Below, in pieces: positions 26,049 to 36,102 of a DNA stretch of 64,000 nucleotides. Below the pieces are notes generated by a model. The model was not told the DNA's origin and did no database searches. It saw nothing but the letters and a program-made list of their open reading frames with translations. Source of the DNA: an uncultured Gammaproteobacteria bacterium (GTDB lineage: Bacteria > Patescibacteriota > Microgenomatia > Levybacterales > GWA1-39-11); the NCBI GenBank assembly GCA_964531275.1, contig CAZHDZ010000001.1, positions 68,882 to 132,881 of the forward strand, given 5' to 3'. A program made the translations under genes and the position numbers. Each line of letters begins with the position of its first letter. Within the stretch, counting starts at the first letter, position 1.

Positions 26049-26124
26049 CAAAATTCACAGATTCCGATTCACGTTTTGACCTTGATAAGGTTTAAATCTA
26101 AAAAACCATATGGTAATATGATGA

Positions 26125-26730
26125 ATGGAAAGCATCGTATTTGTTCTGGATAAAGTTGGCATATTTGCTTTTGCTTTCGTTGGAGTAAGCCACGGAGTTA
26201 AGAAAAAGCTAGATATTTTTGGACTGGTTATCTCGGGTGCAATTACTGCTGTTGGCGGCGGAGTAATACGAGACATATGTCTTGGAAGAATTCCATATGC
26301 CTTGTCACACAGCGAATATCTATTAATTGCGATCTCAGCAAGCGCCTTATCAATTCTCTTTTACAGATACCGACTTAAAATTCCCACAACACTAGTTCTT
26401 ATTGCGGACACGTTAGGGCTTGCTGCATTTGCTATTTCTGGTGCGAATGTTGCAATTGGTGCTGATCTTGGTGTGCTTGTAGTAGTTTTCTTTGCAATAC
26501 TTACAGCGGCTGGAGGAGGCTTACTAAGAGAGATTATTCTTAATGAAATACCCTTTATATTTAGACGTGAAATATACGCAACAGCCGCAGCAATTGGTGC
26601 TTTATTTTTCTACCTTTTAGTGGTCATTGGTCTTGAAATAGATCTTGCCAGTGGGTTCGCCTTAGTGTCGATAATTGCGATTAGATTTTTTTCAATTAGT
26701 AAAAACATTCATCTTCCGGTCATACGATAA
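26125..26730 (+). CDS. UPF0126 / TRIC-like (YadS/YicG family) membrane protein
   Basis: Two internal repeats each with Gly-rich motif (TAVGGGVIRD; TAAGGGLLRE) characteristic of UPF0126/glycine-transporter domain. Confidence 0.6.
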   Translation: MESIVFVLDKVGIFAFAFVGVSHGVKKKLDIFGLVISGAITAVGGGVIRDICLGRIPYALSHSEYLLIAISASALSILFYRYRLKIPTTLVLIADTLGLAAFAISGANVAIGADLGVLVVVFFAILTAAGGGLLREIILNEIPFIFRREIYATAAAIGALFFYLLVVIGLEIDLASGFALVSIIAIRFFSISKNIHLPVIR

Positions 26731-26741
26731 AGCAAGAAAAT

Positions 26742-27005
26742 TTACTTTACAGTAAGAGTGTGTGTTGTTGTGGAGCCGCCGTTCCCATTAAGATTGTGAC
26801 GAGTTATTGGCGTAAAAGAAACAGTTTGATCAACAAATAATTGTTGCCCTTCTGGTATCGGCAGAAGTGCTTTTGATATCTCGCCAATATCAGGTCTTTC
26901 ATACTCAATAACTGCAATATTTCTACCCTTCGAATCAAGAGGATCTTTTATCTCTATCAGTGTCCCGCATTTAGGAGTGCCAATTGTGAATAATATCTCT
27001 GTCAT
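26742..27005 (-). CDS. hypothetical small beta-rich protein
   Basis: 87-aa ORF, no recognisable motif. Confidence 0.3.
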   Translation of the reverse strand: MTEILFTIGTPKCGTLIEIKDPLDSKGRNIAVIEYERPDIGEISKALLPIPEGQQLFVDQTVSFTPITRHNLNGNGGSTTTHTLTVK

Positions 27006-27137
27006 GCAGCGATTATAGCATAGGACTATTACTCATACTAGAACATACTGTATCTGTTATAGTTATAGATAGGAATTACTTCTTACACTCCTAGTTCCTT
27101 TTCTGCATTTATCCGCACGCGTTCCTAAAGACATTGT

Positions 27138-28346
27138 ATGAACATTCTTTTTATTAGTCCTAATTCACCTTTTGAAAGCATCGGTGGAATTGAAAGATAT
27201 GTAATTAATCTTATTAATTTTTATAAAAATAGAAAAGAAGATGAGGTGCACTTGATCCTTCCAACAAAAGAAAAAAGCAACATAGTCAAGGAAGGTAGTA
27301 TGACTATTTATTATGATACAAGCCTTTTTGTTTCGGGAGATATGACACGGTCGCAGACAGAAATAGTTGATAAGGCACATTTATTTGCTTCACTTGTAGA
27401 AAAAATTATTAAAGACGAAAAAATTGATATTATCTGTGCAGAAAATATTATGTTCAGTACTCCCCCTTCCTTCAGTCTTTTGCTTAATATGGTTGCCAAT
27501 ATACACAAGATTCCTCTTGTTCTGCGACTTCATATGTATCCAGCCTCAGATCTTCAGATTGCATTAACCACACAACTTTTATGGAATAAAATTAGTTGCG
27601 TTAGTAGAAGTGTTGTTGGGGATTGTTTTGAAAAAGGCGCAAACATAGATAAATTATCTACGGATTATTTAGGAGTAAATCTTGATAATTTTAATACGGT
27701 TCGTGATCCAAAATATCAACTGAGAAAAAAACTAAATCTTTCAGAAGACAAAAAGATAATTCTAACGGCAAGTCGGATTATCAGGGGTTCTAAAAATATC
27801 TTGCAGGAAAAGGGAATAATTAATCTCATTCAAGCTTTTTCAAAACTCGCTTTAAGATATCCAGACTTACACCTCGTGATTGGTGTTGGAAAAGCGTCTG
27901 AAAATTTAAAAAACCATTTCAATAGTGCTTATGAAATGCTTCTGGGATATATAAAAATTCACAATATAGAATCCCAGACGTCAGTTAAGATGTTTGAGCT
28001 CGATGAAATGCCAGATGTCTATAGAGAATCAGATGTATTTGTCCTTGCTGCAGAGCGCAATGAAACTTTCGGACAGGTGTTTATCGAAGCAATGGCATGC
28101 GGGCTCCCAGTAATAGGTGCAAATACAGGAGGAATTCCTGAAATTATTAGTGATTCATATAATGGGTATTTGGTTCCTGCAGATGACTCAAGTGTTCTTG
28201 CCCAACGAATAGAAAGTTTGGTGAAGGATGATGTAATAAGAAGTGATTTTATTAAGGCGGGTATAAAGACTATTGAGGAGAAATTTACTTCTGAAGATCA
28301 ATTCCTGAGTTTTAATAAAATGTTAAGAAACATTCAGCTAAGCTAG
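27138..28346 (+). CDS. glycosyltransferase family 4 (GT-B, retaining)
   Basis: C-terminal ETFGQVFIEAMACGLPVIGANTGGIPEII (EX7E motif). Confidence 0.8.
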   Translation: MNILFISPNSPFESIGGIERYVINLINFYKNRKEDEVHLILPTKEKSNIVKEGSMTIYYDTSLFVSGDMTRSQTEIVDKAHLFASLVEKIIKDEKIDIICAENIMFSTPPSFSLLLNMVANIHKIPLVLRLHMYPASDLQIALTTQLLWNKISCVSRSVVGDCFEKGANIDKLSTDYLGVNLDNFNTVRDPKYQLRKKLNLSEDKKIILTASRIIRGSKNILQEKGIINLIQAFSKLALRYPDLHLVIGVGKASENLKNHFNSAYEMLLGYIKIHNIESQTSVKMFELDEMPDVYRESDVFVLAAERNETFGQVFIEAMACGLPVIGANTGGIPEIISDSYNGYLVPADDSSVLAQRIESLVKDDVIRSDFIKAGIKTIEEKFTSEDQFLSFNKMLRNIQLS

Positions 28347-28949
28347 TAAAAGCATTAGCACTGCAAGAGCTGCCATCCCAAAATCTTCAATTAATGTAAC
28401 TTTAGTCAAAGGAACTTTTAAGAATGTGCCCAGACAAACGCATTGGAATTTTTCACCTTTCATAATTTTTTGGAGAACTCCTATTCCTGAAAAAGTCATA
28501 ACAATGATTTCAAGAATTAGTATCTGAGTTGTCCATAGACCAACTATCATCGCAAGGCCAAAAAACAGTTCTATAAAAGGATAAACATATCCATATTGGT
28601 ACCATTTCTTGGCAAGCAGATCATATGTAAAATATCCATCTGCAAAGCCTTTCAGATCAATAAGTTTAAATCCGGCGAAGACAATAAAAAAGCCTGCCAT
28701 GAAGCTTTGCAGTATTGATTTTAGATTAACCGAGTTTTGATTAAATGAAATTGCAAGTGATGTTAAAAGAATTAGACCTACAATAATAAATAAGGGGGTG
28801 TAATTTTTTAAGTCAGAATCTTTTTTAACATGATGCGCGCTGTGAGATTTAGCTTCTCCCTCCAGAACTAACCTCATGCCGCAGATAGAGCAATTCCCAG
28901 GCTTTTGCTGTCTAATCTCAGAATGCATCGGGCAAACGTAAAATTTCAT
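28338..28949 (-). CDS. membrane protein with N-terminal heavy-metal-binding zinc-ribbon domain (YxCPMHxE…CxxCGM) and DoxX/MauE-like TM domain
   Basis: N-term FYVCPMHSEIRQQKPGNCSICGMRL then 4 TM helices. Confidence 0.5.
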   Translation of the reverse strand: MKFYVCPMHSEIRQQKPGNCSICGMRLVLEGEAKSHSAHHVKKDSDLKNYTPLFIIVGLILLTSLAISFNQNSVNLKSILQSFMAGFFIVFAGFKLIDLKGFADGYFTYDLLAKKWYQYGYVYPFIELFFGLAMIVGLWTTQILILEIIVMTFSGIGVLQKIMKGEKFQCVCLGTFLKVPLTKVTLIEDFGMAALAVLMLLLA

Positions 28950-28992
28950 ATATTCTATTATACCAGTCAGTCAATCCTTGATATAGCAGTAT

Positions 28993-29043
28993 GCTTATTA
29001 AAGCCGCAGGCTTATTAAAGCTGCAAGCTTATTAAAGCTATTT
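28993..29043. repeat. 17-bp tandem repeat x3 (GCTTATTAAAGC[CT]GCA[GA]) in divergent intergenic region
   Basis: Three consecutive copies at 28993, 29010, 29027; each unit has inverted arms GCTT…AAGC; lies between divergently transcribed metal-binding membrane protein and chromate-transporter genes. Confidence 0.6.
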
Positions 29044-29066
29044 TGGCTTTGATATAATTTAATGTT

Positions 29067-29630
29067 TTGAAAAAAGAAAAAGACTTTTCATATAAAGATT
29101 TATTCATTGCCTTCTTCAAAACAGGTAGTGTTTTTGGAGGAGGACTTGGAGTTCTTTCGTCATTGCGTGAGCAATTTGTCAAAAATTTAAAGATTGTTGA
29201 GAATGATGAATTTATGGCTATTTGGGGAATTGCTCGTATTGTTCCTGGCGGAACGATTGGTGCAATTGCGATTGCGATTGGTTATAAGAGCAAGAAGATA
29301 TTGGGTGCTCTTATTGCAATTACAGCACTTACATTGCCCGGATTTTCAGTTGCCTTAATACTTTCAATGCTCTATTTACCCCTGAAGGGTACTCCCTTTT
29401 TTGGGTACATGAATGATGCGGTTCTTCCTGCAGCCTTGGGGCTTATCGTTCTGGCAATCATAAATTTAGGTAAGGATGTATTTACTTCTAAGATTTTAGT
29501 AGCATTTTCTATTTGTTCCTTCATTTCTTCGTTTTTTCTTAACCTTAATCCGACATTTGTCCTTTTAGTTGGGGGAGTGCTCGCTGCAGGAATCTTAATG
29601 AGAAGGGGGAAGAAAAGTGTCACTACTTGA
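29067..29630 (+). CDS. chromate transporter ChrA family, short-chain half (N-terminal-type)
   Basis: CHR-family pattern FFKTGSVFGGGLGVL…RIVPGGTIGA; 187 aa; overlaps partner gene. Confidence 0.7.
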   Translation: MKKEKDFSYKDLFIAFFKTGSVFGGGLGVLSSLREQFVKNLKIVENDEFMAIWGIARIVPGGTIGAIAIAIGYKSKKILGALIAITALTLPGFSVALILSMLYLPLKGTPFFGYMNDAVLPAALGLIVLAIINLGKDVFTSKILVAFSICSFISSFFLNLNPTFVLLVGGVLAAGILMRRGKKSVTT

Positions 29631-30138
29631 TCTATTAAGCGTATTTCTTTTCTATACAATTATTACTTTTGGAAATGCCTTGGTAATGTTCCCAATACTT
29701 CGTGAAGAGCTGGTTATTAATCGTCACGTTATCACAAGTGAACAATTGCTATACGCATTTGCTGTGGCTCGCGTGACGCCTGGTCTCTTCAATTTGTATG
29801 TGACATCTATTGGGTATATGTTGTATGGAATAGTGGGCGCGACACTATCTACAATTGTGATAGCTCTTCCCGCGTTCATAATTATTCCTTTTCACAAACT
29901 GTATGAAAAAATAAAAAAGAATTCTTTTGTTGCAAATTTCGTAATCGGAATGACTGCAGTATCAGTAGGTCTTATCTTTTCAGCAGTTGCTGATATGGCA
30001 AAGCTAACACTTACCGGTACAATTCCTTGGATAGTTTTTATTGCGGTGTTGGTGCTTTCAAGAATAATCAAAAAAAACACATTCTATTGTTTTGTGATAG
30101 CAAGTCTTCTTGGGATCGTTCTAAAATTTTTGTCCTAA
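29617..30138 (+). CDS. chromate transporter ChrA family, short-chain half (C-terminal-type)
   Basis: IITFGNALVMFPILREELV…ARVTPGLFNLYV; 173 aa; overlaps upstream ChrA half by 14 nt. Confidence 0.7.
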   Translation: MSLLDLLSVFLFYTIITFGNALVMFPILREELVINRHVITSEQLLYAFAVARVTPGLFNLYVTSIGYMLYGIVGATLSTIVIALPAFIIIPFHKLYEKIKKNSFVANFVIGMTAVSVGLIFSAVADMAKLTLTGTIPWIVFIAVLVLSRIIKKNTFYCFVIASLLGIVLKFLS

Positions 30139-30165
30139 GAAAATTTAAAAGCAAAAGACACAAAA

Positions 30166-32148
30166 TTAAAGTTCTATTGAGTGTCCATCTTCTTGTATTA
30201 CGTGCCTAATGGCTCTTCTCTGGTAATTCTCAGTAACTGTAGGATATGCTTTTGCAGTTTCAGCAATTTCGCTTTTGTTTTTGGTTATATATTTGTTCTG
30301 CATAGCTCTTACTTCGGCAATAGCATCTTTAAATGTAGGTTGTATAAAAATTTTCTCAACATTATCCAGATAATCTATAACTGCATACGATGTGAAAAGA
30401 CGCGCATGGAGCAGTTGGTAGCGTTCTTCTATTATCTCTTCTTTTGCGATGCCAAAGTATTTTCTCAGAAGAGGATATCTAATTATGGTTCTTTTTAGTC
30501 TCAGTAATCTTTTTCTGTATGAATGGTTGGTTTCAATAAATCCATCTTGATCTACCAAACGCCCTTTTGGCATATTTGGATGCTCTAGGGCGTCGAGCTG
30601 CATGTCCAATTCTGTCTCGAATAGAAAGTGAACATTCTCATCAAATCTTCCTTCATGGAATAATTTATCTGAGGTTGTGCGCTCAATTTCTAAAGCCTGA
30701 ATTTTTAGACTATGAAGAAACGCAAAATAATCAGAGGTTTGGTCTAGTCTATCCCTTAATACTTTGGCCTTTTTGTCCAGACGGCCCATTGTTTCATTTA
30801 TAATTTCAGGAGAAAACTCACGTTTGGAAAGCTCTGCTAATTTATTCTTTCTGTTTTGAATTGAGAACAATTTCATTTCATCTGTAATAATTTTTTCTTC
30901 AGAGCTTGGCAGGTGTAGTCTTAGCTTAACCAAAAGCCATTTAATCGTGAGACCATTAAATAGAAGTGTGAATAGTAGAGTCCCAAGTGTAAAGCTTAAT
31001 ATCGTGTCTTTATAAATAAAACTATCGGGGAGTGAGTACACCAAAACTAAAGGAATAACTCCACGAAGACCGCTCCAATTGAGGATGTGCTGCCATGAGA
31101 GAGGTATATTAGGTTCGTCTCTGAAGAACGGTGTGTAATTGGTTATGAACGCTGAAAGATAAACAGATACAGCTCGTCCAATAAGAACTGCTCCAGCCGC
31201 AATAAGGACTCCAGTCATATTACCTATGAACATTGAAAAATTCAGATTGAATGTTGCAAAGAAAAATACCAGTGACACTGCTACAAAACCCCAGAAAGCC
31301 CAGAATTCTTCTATAAAATGTATAGCTTGAATAGAAAGTTTGTTTCTGCCAATATTACCCATTGTTATGCCTGCCATAACGGTTGCTATTACGCCTGACA
31401 CATGGAGATAGTGTTCTGCTGTTATAAAAGATCCAAGTGCAAGAGCAGCGGTAACTGTATTTACCAGAATTCTGTCATTTTTAACTAAAGGAACAATTCT
31501 TGATGCTATATATCCAAGAACAGTTCCATAAATCAGACTTCCAAAAAATACCCATGAAAAATCAATAACCCCGGTAAAAAGTTTGCCTGCTTCAAAAGCC
31601 GTACCTCCCAAAACAAAAACCGATACTATGCGAAATGCTATAACTCCGGTAGCGTCATTGAACATGCTTTCTCCATCAGCAAGCAATGCAAGGCGTTTTG
31701 GGGCACCTAATGTTTTGAAGAGTGACAGAACGGCAATCGGGTCAGTTGCTGATATCAACGCGCCAAACAGAAGAGCGGGACCAAGAGGCATGTTGAGGGC
31801 AAAAGCTACTAGAAATCCCACAACAAACATTGATATTAGAAGCCCAAATGTTGCAAAAAATGAGATTGTTTTGAACTGAAGACGAAATTGATGGATATTT
31901 ATGTGCAGTGCTGCTTCAAAAAGAAGAACCGGCAGTAAAACAAAAAATATAACATCTGTGCTTAGGACCAGTTGGATATTGAGTCCAAGAAAATTATTTA
32001 CAACTTGCACAAGGAAGCCACTTAGTAAAAGTGCCACAGTATAAGGGAATGTTGATTTCTCTGAAATGCGTTGAATTACTGCTATTATGCAAAAGAAAAA
32101 CGCACTAAATAAAATAATTGATTGGACTATGTTGTGTTCCATTGCCAA
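30166..32148 (-). CDS. Na+/H+ (cation:proton) antiporter, CPA1/NhaP-type, with C-terminal cytoplasmic domain
   Basis: About 12 TM N-terminal transporter domain with ATDPIAVLSLFK (CPA1 motif) followed by about 250-aa soluble tail. Confidence 0.8.
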   Translation of the reverse strand: MAMEHNIVQSIILFSAFFFCIIAVIQRISEKSTFPYTVALLLSGFLVQVVNNFLGLNIQLVLSTDVIFFVLLPVLLFEAALHINIHQFRLQFKTISFFATFGLLISMFVVGFLVAFALNMPLGPALLFGALISATDPIAVLSLFKTLGAPKRLALLADGESMFNDATGVIAFRIVSVFVLGGTAFEAGKLFTGVIDFSWVFFGSLIYGTVLGYIASRIVPLVKNDRILVNTVTAALALGSFITAEHYLHVSGVIATVMAGITMGNIGRNKLSIQAIHFIEEFWAFWGFVAVSLVFFFATFNLNFSMFIGNMTGVLIAAGAVLIGRAVSVYLSAFITNYTPFFRDEPNIPLSWQHILNWSGLRGVIPLVLVYSLPDSFIYKDTILSFTLGTLLFTLLFNGLTIKWLLVKLRLHLPSSEEKIITDEMKLFSIQNRKNKLAELSKREFSPEIINETMGRLDKKAKVLRDRLDQTSDYFAFLHSLKIQALEIERTTSDKLFHEGRFDENVHFLFETELDMQLDALEHPNMPKGRLVDQDGFIETNHSYRKRLLRLKRTIIRYPLLRKYFGIAKEEIIEERYQLLHARLFTSYAVIDYLDNVEKIFIQPTFKDAIAEVRAMQNKYITKNKSEIAETAKAYPTVTENYQRRAIRHVIQEDGHSIEL

Positions 32149-32273
32149 GAAAAAACCTCACTTCTTGTGAGGTTCATATATTCTACCAAAAAAATTCTTG
32201 TATGGCATTTACATTTTGGACGTTTTAAGTTGAAATAATAGCTTCACATTGATATACTTCGACACACTTATAT

Positions 32274-32765
32274 ATGGATAGTACTGTGGGTCAAAATCTT
32301 ACTGATCAACAACGCTTAAAGCAGGCATGGGGTCAACTCGGAATCCTTGGAAAATCTCTTGCAATCATGCTTCTTCTTTTACCTATTCTTCCGTTTGTAA
32401 AACTTCCTAGCTTCAATGATGAGAAAATAGTAAATACAGTTCCTAAAAAAAATGCAAACAACAGTATAGTTGTCACAAAAGTCTCTCCAACTCCCACACA
32501 TGTTGTGAAGGTTATGGTTTCGCCAACTCCATCTGCTGTTACACCAACTCCTGAAGTAATCGTTAAAGAAATAGTAGTTGAGCCCTCACCGAAAGGGCAG
32601 ACTTCCCCTACTTCGAAACCACAGATAAATCCAACAATAACTCCTACTGAGGAACCAAAAGATCCAGGCAAAAAAGAAGAAAAGAAGGAAGAAAATAAGC
32701 CTGGTGTAGTAGGTAAAGTCCTTGCAAATATCGGAGAGTTAAAGCTTGTTAGGGTAGGCAATTAG
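32274..32765 (+). CDS. Pro/Thr-rich low-complexity membrane-anchored protein
   Basis: N-terminal TM helix then PTPT/SPTP low-complexity region and K/E-rich segment. Confidence 0.35.
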   Translation: MDSTVGQNLTDQQRLKQAWGQLGILGKSLAIMLLLLPILPFVKLPSFNDEKIVNTVPKKNANNSIVVTKVSPTPTHVVKVMVSPTPSAVTPTPEVIVKEIVVEPSPKGQTSPTSKPQINPTITPTEEPKDPGKKEEKKEENKPGVVGKVLANIGELKLVRVGN

Positions 32766-32792
32766 AGTGGTATAATAATACTAAATTCACGC

Positions 32793-34340
32793 ATGCTAGA
32801 TTTTGTGAAAACAAAAGTACCTGTCTCCTCTTTTATCCTTAGTGTTGTTGTAGCTTGGTCCCTCATCCCAATCCCAAGTGGATTTCCCTTTGTAGCATTC
32901 TCAATTCTTTTTATATTTCTTGGAACACTTGTATACATTTTAAGGAAAGATAAAAGTTGGTTTGATGCCCTTTTATATATAGGTATAGTAGTGCTGTCAA
33001 TTTTCGAAATGGTCTATGCCAATGATGTTGTTCAATTCATCAACTTTATGTTTATTATCCTATTTGGGTCTCTTCTTGTCCTTCCAATTGCTAAAGGCCA
33101 TACCTTGGTAAATCTTTTTCTGACACCATTCTCCTTATTCAATCAAATAGTATCTGGAAAAAGTATTTTTCCTTATTCTTTAAGTGCTTTTAAAGGATCC
33201 AATAAAGTAGGAATTGTCAAAAAATATGTACCGTCCCTTATTGTAACTGCAATTTTTCTTGCGATTACCATTCCGCTTCTTTCTTCTGCAAATCCCTTCT
33301 TTAATCAGTTGATGCAAAGTATTTTTAAGTTCTTTAACCTAGAACAAATTACGAAATTTATATTAGGAGACGAGCCTATATTTTGGTTAATAAGATTGAT
33401 ATTCTTTGTAATTATTGCGGCAATTATTCCCAGAATTCTGACGGTAAGTGCAACGGGAGTGAAGATAAAAGAAATGAATTTTTACATTTCTGTTAATTAT
33501 CTTTTTCCAAAAGTTGCAATGGGAATTCTTCTTATAATATTCTTCATAACTCAAGCTCAGCTTTATTTTGCGAGTCCTGATCTTTTATGGAAAATGGGTT
33601 ATACAAATTCTCGTCTTACAAATGAAGTATTTTTCCAGGTAACTGTTGTGGCTTTTATTATATTCTTCCTTGCTTATGTAGATCGCAAGAGAGAAAAGTG
33701 GGATAGACTTCTTTCATACTTCTTGATTTTAGAGGCATTTTTCTTAGTAGGTATCGCATTCAAAAGTGTAATTGATTACAGTATTCTTTGGGGTCTTACT
33801 CAAAAAAGACTTTGGGGATATGCAACAATGTCATGGCTTACAGGTGCACTTCTTCTTTTTGTATATTTTTATAGTAAAAAAATACTGTTACTTTCTTTCT
33901 TCAGATATATAATTTCATTTACAATACTAGTACTTATCTCTATAAATATTGCAAATTTTGATTATTTAATTGCTCATTATTCAAATGCTAGAACCCAGGC
34001 TGGAATTGACAATACGTATCTTGCAAAGCTTTCACCAGATGGTGCTTACTACAGAGAGACATTGAATGGCTTGGTTGTAGAAATAGAAAAGAGCAATACG
34101 AGGGACTTTTTCAAATCAAATGCAGCATACTATTTACTTGCCCGGATAGATGATCTTAAAAGAAAAAATACAGATAAAGGTTCTTTTAATAGCTTTAATC
34201 TCTCTGATTACAATGAGTATCAGGATATAAAGGACATAAATACAGAAGCATATCGGGCAAAAATCTCAGCTATTGATCAGAAATTGATAAAAGAAGAAGA
34301 ACTTCGTTCTAAAGTGATTGATGCGAGCAAGAAAGAATAA
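32793..34340 (+). CDS. polytopic integral membrane protein with C-terminal soluble domain, function unknown
   Basis: About 12 hydrophobic helices, charged C-terminal 120 aa. Confidence 0.4.
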   Translation: MLDFVKTKVPVSSFILSVVVAWSLIPIPSGFPFVAFSILFIFLGTLVYILRKDKSWFDALLYIGIVVLSIFEMVYANDVVQFINFMFIILFGSLLVLPIAKGHTLVNLFLTPFSLFNQIVSGKSIFPYSLSAFKGSNKVGIVKKYVPSLIVTAIFLAITIPLLSSANPFFNQLMQSIFKFFNLEQITKFILGDEPIFWLIRLIFFVIIAAIIPRILTVSATGVKIKEMNFYISVNYLFPKVAMGILLIIFFITQAQLYFASPDLLWKMGYTNSRLTNEVFFQVTVVAFIIFFLAYVDRKREKWDRLLSYFLILEAFFLVGIAFKSVIDYSILWGLTQKRLWGYATMSWLTGALLLFVYFYSKKILLLSFFRYIISFTILVLISINIANFDYLIAHYSNARTQAGIDNTYLAKLSPDGAYYRETLNGLVVEIEKSNTRDFFKSNAAYYLLARIDDLKRKNTDKGSFNSFNLSDYNEYQDIKDINTEAYRAKISAIDQKLIKEEELRSKVIDASKKE

Positions 34341-34442
34341 TCTTTTCCGATTGAATTTCAAAACAACCTCACATTGCGTGGGGTCGTTTTTTATTAACCC
34401 ATAGTTAATTTTTGACTCTGAAGGTGGTATAATTCGCCAAAT

Positions 34443-36065
34443 ATGCCAGAGCGACCATTCCTATTTTTAGATGTTCCGGATAGATACATAGAACAGCCTA
34501 TTGGCCAAAATGTAGGTGTGTCTGTTGTTGTGCCAATGTATAAGGAGTTTGGCAATGGAAACATCTTTCGACTGATAGACACATTCTCGAGCCAGACAGT
34601 GGCTAGTGATAGTTTTGAGGTTTTATGTGTTATCAATAATCCAAAAAAAGATGCAGAGGAAGAATCTCCTGCCTTTTTAGAAAACCAGCAAGTTCTTAAG
34701 GTTGCACAATACTTGAAGGAAGGAGCGGAGATACCTGAAAGTTACACTCCATATCAACAAAGAGTGATACGAAACGCTCAGCAATATGGCCTATCCATGC
34801 ACATGATTGATGTAACAGCGGGAGGTGTAGAAAGAAATATGGGAAGAGCGAGACAAGTTGGTGTTATTGAGGCATCAAAGAGGGCTCAACAGACAGAAAA
34901 GAAAGATGAATCAATAATTGCCCATATGGATGCAGACACGGTTGTCGAGAAGAGATATATAGAAAAATTGGTCGAATTTTTCAAGACCACAGGTGTTGAA
35001 TCAACAGCATTGCACTATGACTACGTAATGCCACATGGTGACAAAAGACTTTTTCAAACTTCGCAGGAATACGATAGAAGAAATTGGTACTATCGGCTTT
35101 CTGGTCTGCTTGCTGGAATCCCGACTGTATCAACGCCACAAATTGCAGCCACAGTTGGAGCGCATAAAAAAATTGGAGGAGTACCAATAAGGCCGGTAGG
35201 TGAAGACGTTACTCTTTTTGATTTGTTACGAAATAAAACAAATTTTTCTTCAGCCCCGCACATAACAGTATTTGCCGCTGATCGCGCAAGGGTCGAGAGC
35301 TTTGATGGAAGCGGTAGATATCATTCCTTGGATAATATCAAGGAAGCTGTTTGTTCAAATCCTTCAATTGATCTTGTCAGAAAAGCCGTTGCGTTAATGA
35401 AATACCAACAACCAGGGGAGTTGCCGCGGCTTGATTTCGTTACAGAAATGCTTGAAAAATTTGATCTTTCTATTGACCACGAAGAGCTAGTGCAGTTATT
35501 TACTCAAGAATACCCAAGTGCAGAGGCCTTCTTTAGAAAAGTAGACGATTTTATTAGAAGTGGCCAAGGTAATTTAGATTTTAAACCTACAATTACTCCT
35601 ATCGAATATGCAACAAAATTAATTACAATTTTTTCGAACTGGTCAAATCCTCAAGAGAAAACTCTTCTGGACGATTTGTTAAGAAGAGAGGAGAGAACTC
35701 AGAAGATGCGTCATTCATTTAGAAAAGACGTAGTTAGAACAGTATTAACTGAATATTATAGAACAGGAGATGCTTCAACAGTATCTGCTATAAATCCTGA
35801 TTACGGAGAATTTCTAGCTCAGAACCCTTGGATGGTAGATGAGCTTAGTGCATTATTTAATAAAGGATTTAGTTGCGAGGAAGCGTTCGATATATTGACG
35901 AGCTCATTTCCAGGATTTTTAGGAGAATGGAGTGAAGATCTCCAAGGCTGTACAGCCAAATTCAAAGGGCTTATCAATTTTGTAATGAAATGTAAGCACA
36001 GCAGGGAAGAATTTCCAGATGTTCATCGAGCAATAAATTACTTTTCCTCACCGTTAGTGCTTTAG
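34443..36065 (+). CDS. GT2-like glycosyltransferase N-terminal domain with long C-terminal extension
   Basis: VSVVVPMYKE (GT2 start pattern) and DxD-like AHMDADT; remaining 300 aa unassigned. Confidence 0.35.
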   Translation: MPERPFLFLDVPDRYIEQPIGQNVGVSVVVPMYKEFGNGNIFRLIDTFSSQTVASDSFEVLCVINNPKKDAEEESPAFLENQQVLKVAQYLKEGAEIPESYTPYQQRVIRNAQQYGLSMHMIDVTAGGVERNMGRARQVGVIEASKRAQQTEKKDESIIAHMDADTVVEKRYIEKLVEFFKTTGVESTALHYDYVMPHGDKRLFQTSQEYDRRNWYYRLSGLLAGIPTVSTPQIAATVGAHKKIGGVPIRPVGEDVTLFDLLRNKTNFSSAPHITVFAADRARVESFDGSGRYHSLDNIKEAVCSNPSIDLVRKAVALMKYQQPGELPRLDFVTEMLEKFDLSIDHEELVQLFTQEYPSAEAFFRKVDDFIRSGQGNLDFKPTITPIEYATKLITIFSNWSNPQEKTLLDDLLRREERTQKMRHSFRKDVVRTVLTEYYRTGDASTVSAINPDYGEFLAQNPWMVDELSALFNKGFSCEEAFDILTSSFPGFLGEWSEDLQGCTAKFKGLINFVMKCKHSREEFPDVHRAINYFSSPLVL

Positions 36066-36102
36066 AGAAGATGGTAATAAAAAAACCTCATGTATTGTTG
36101 AT

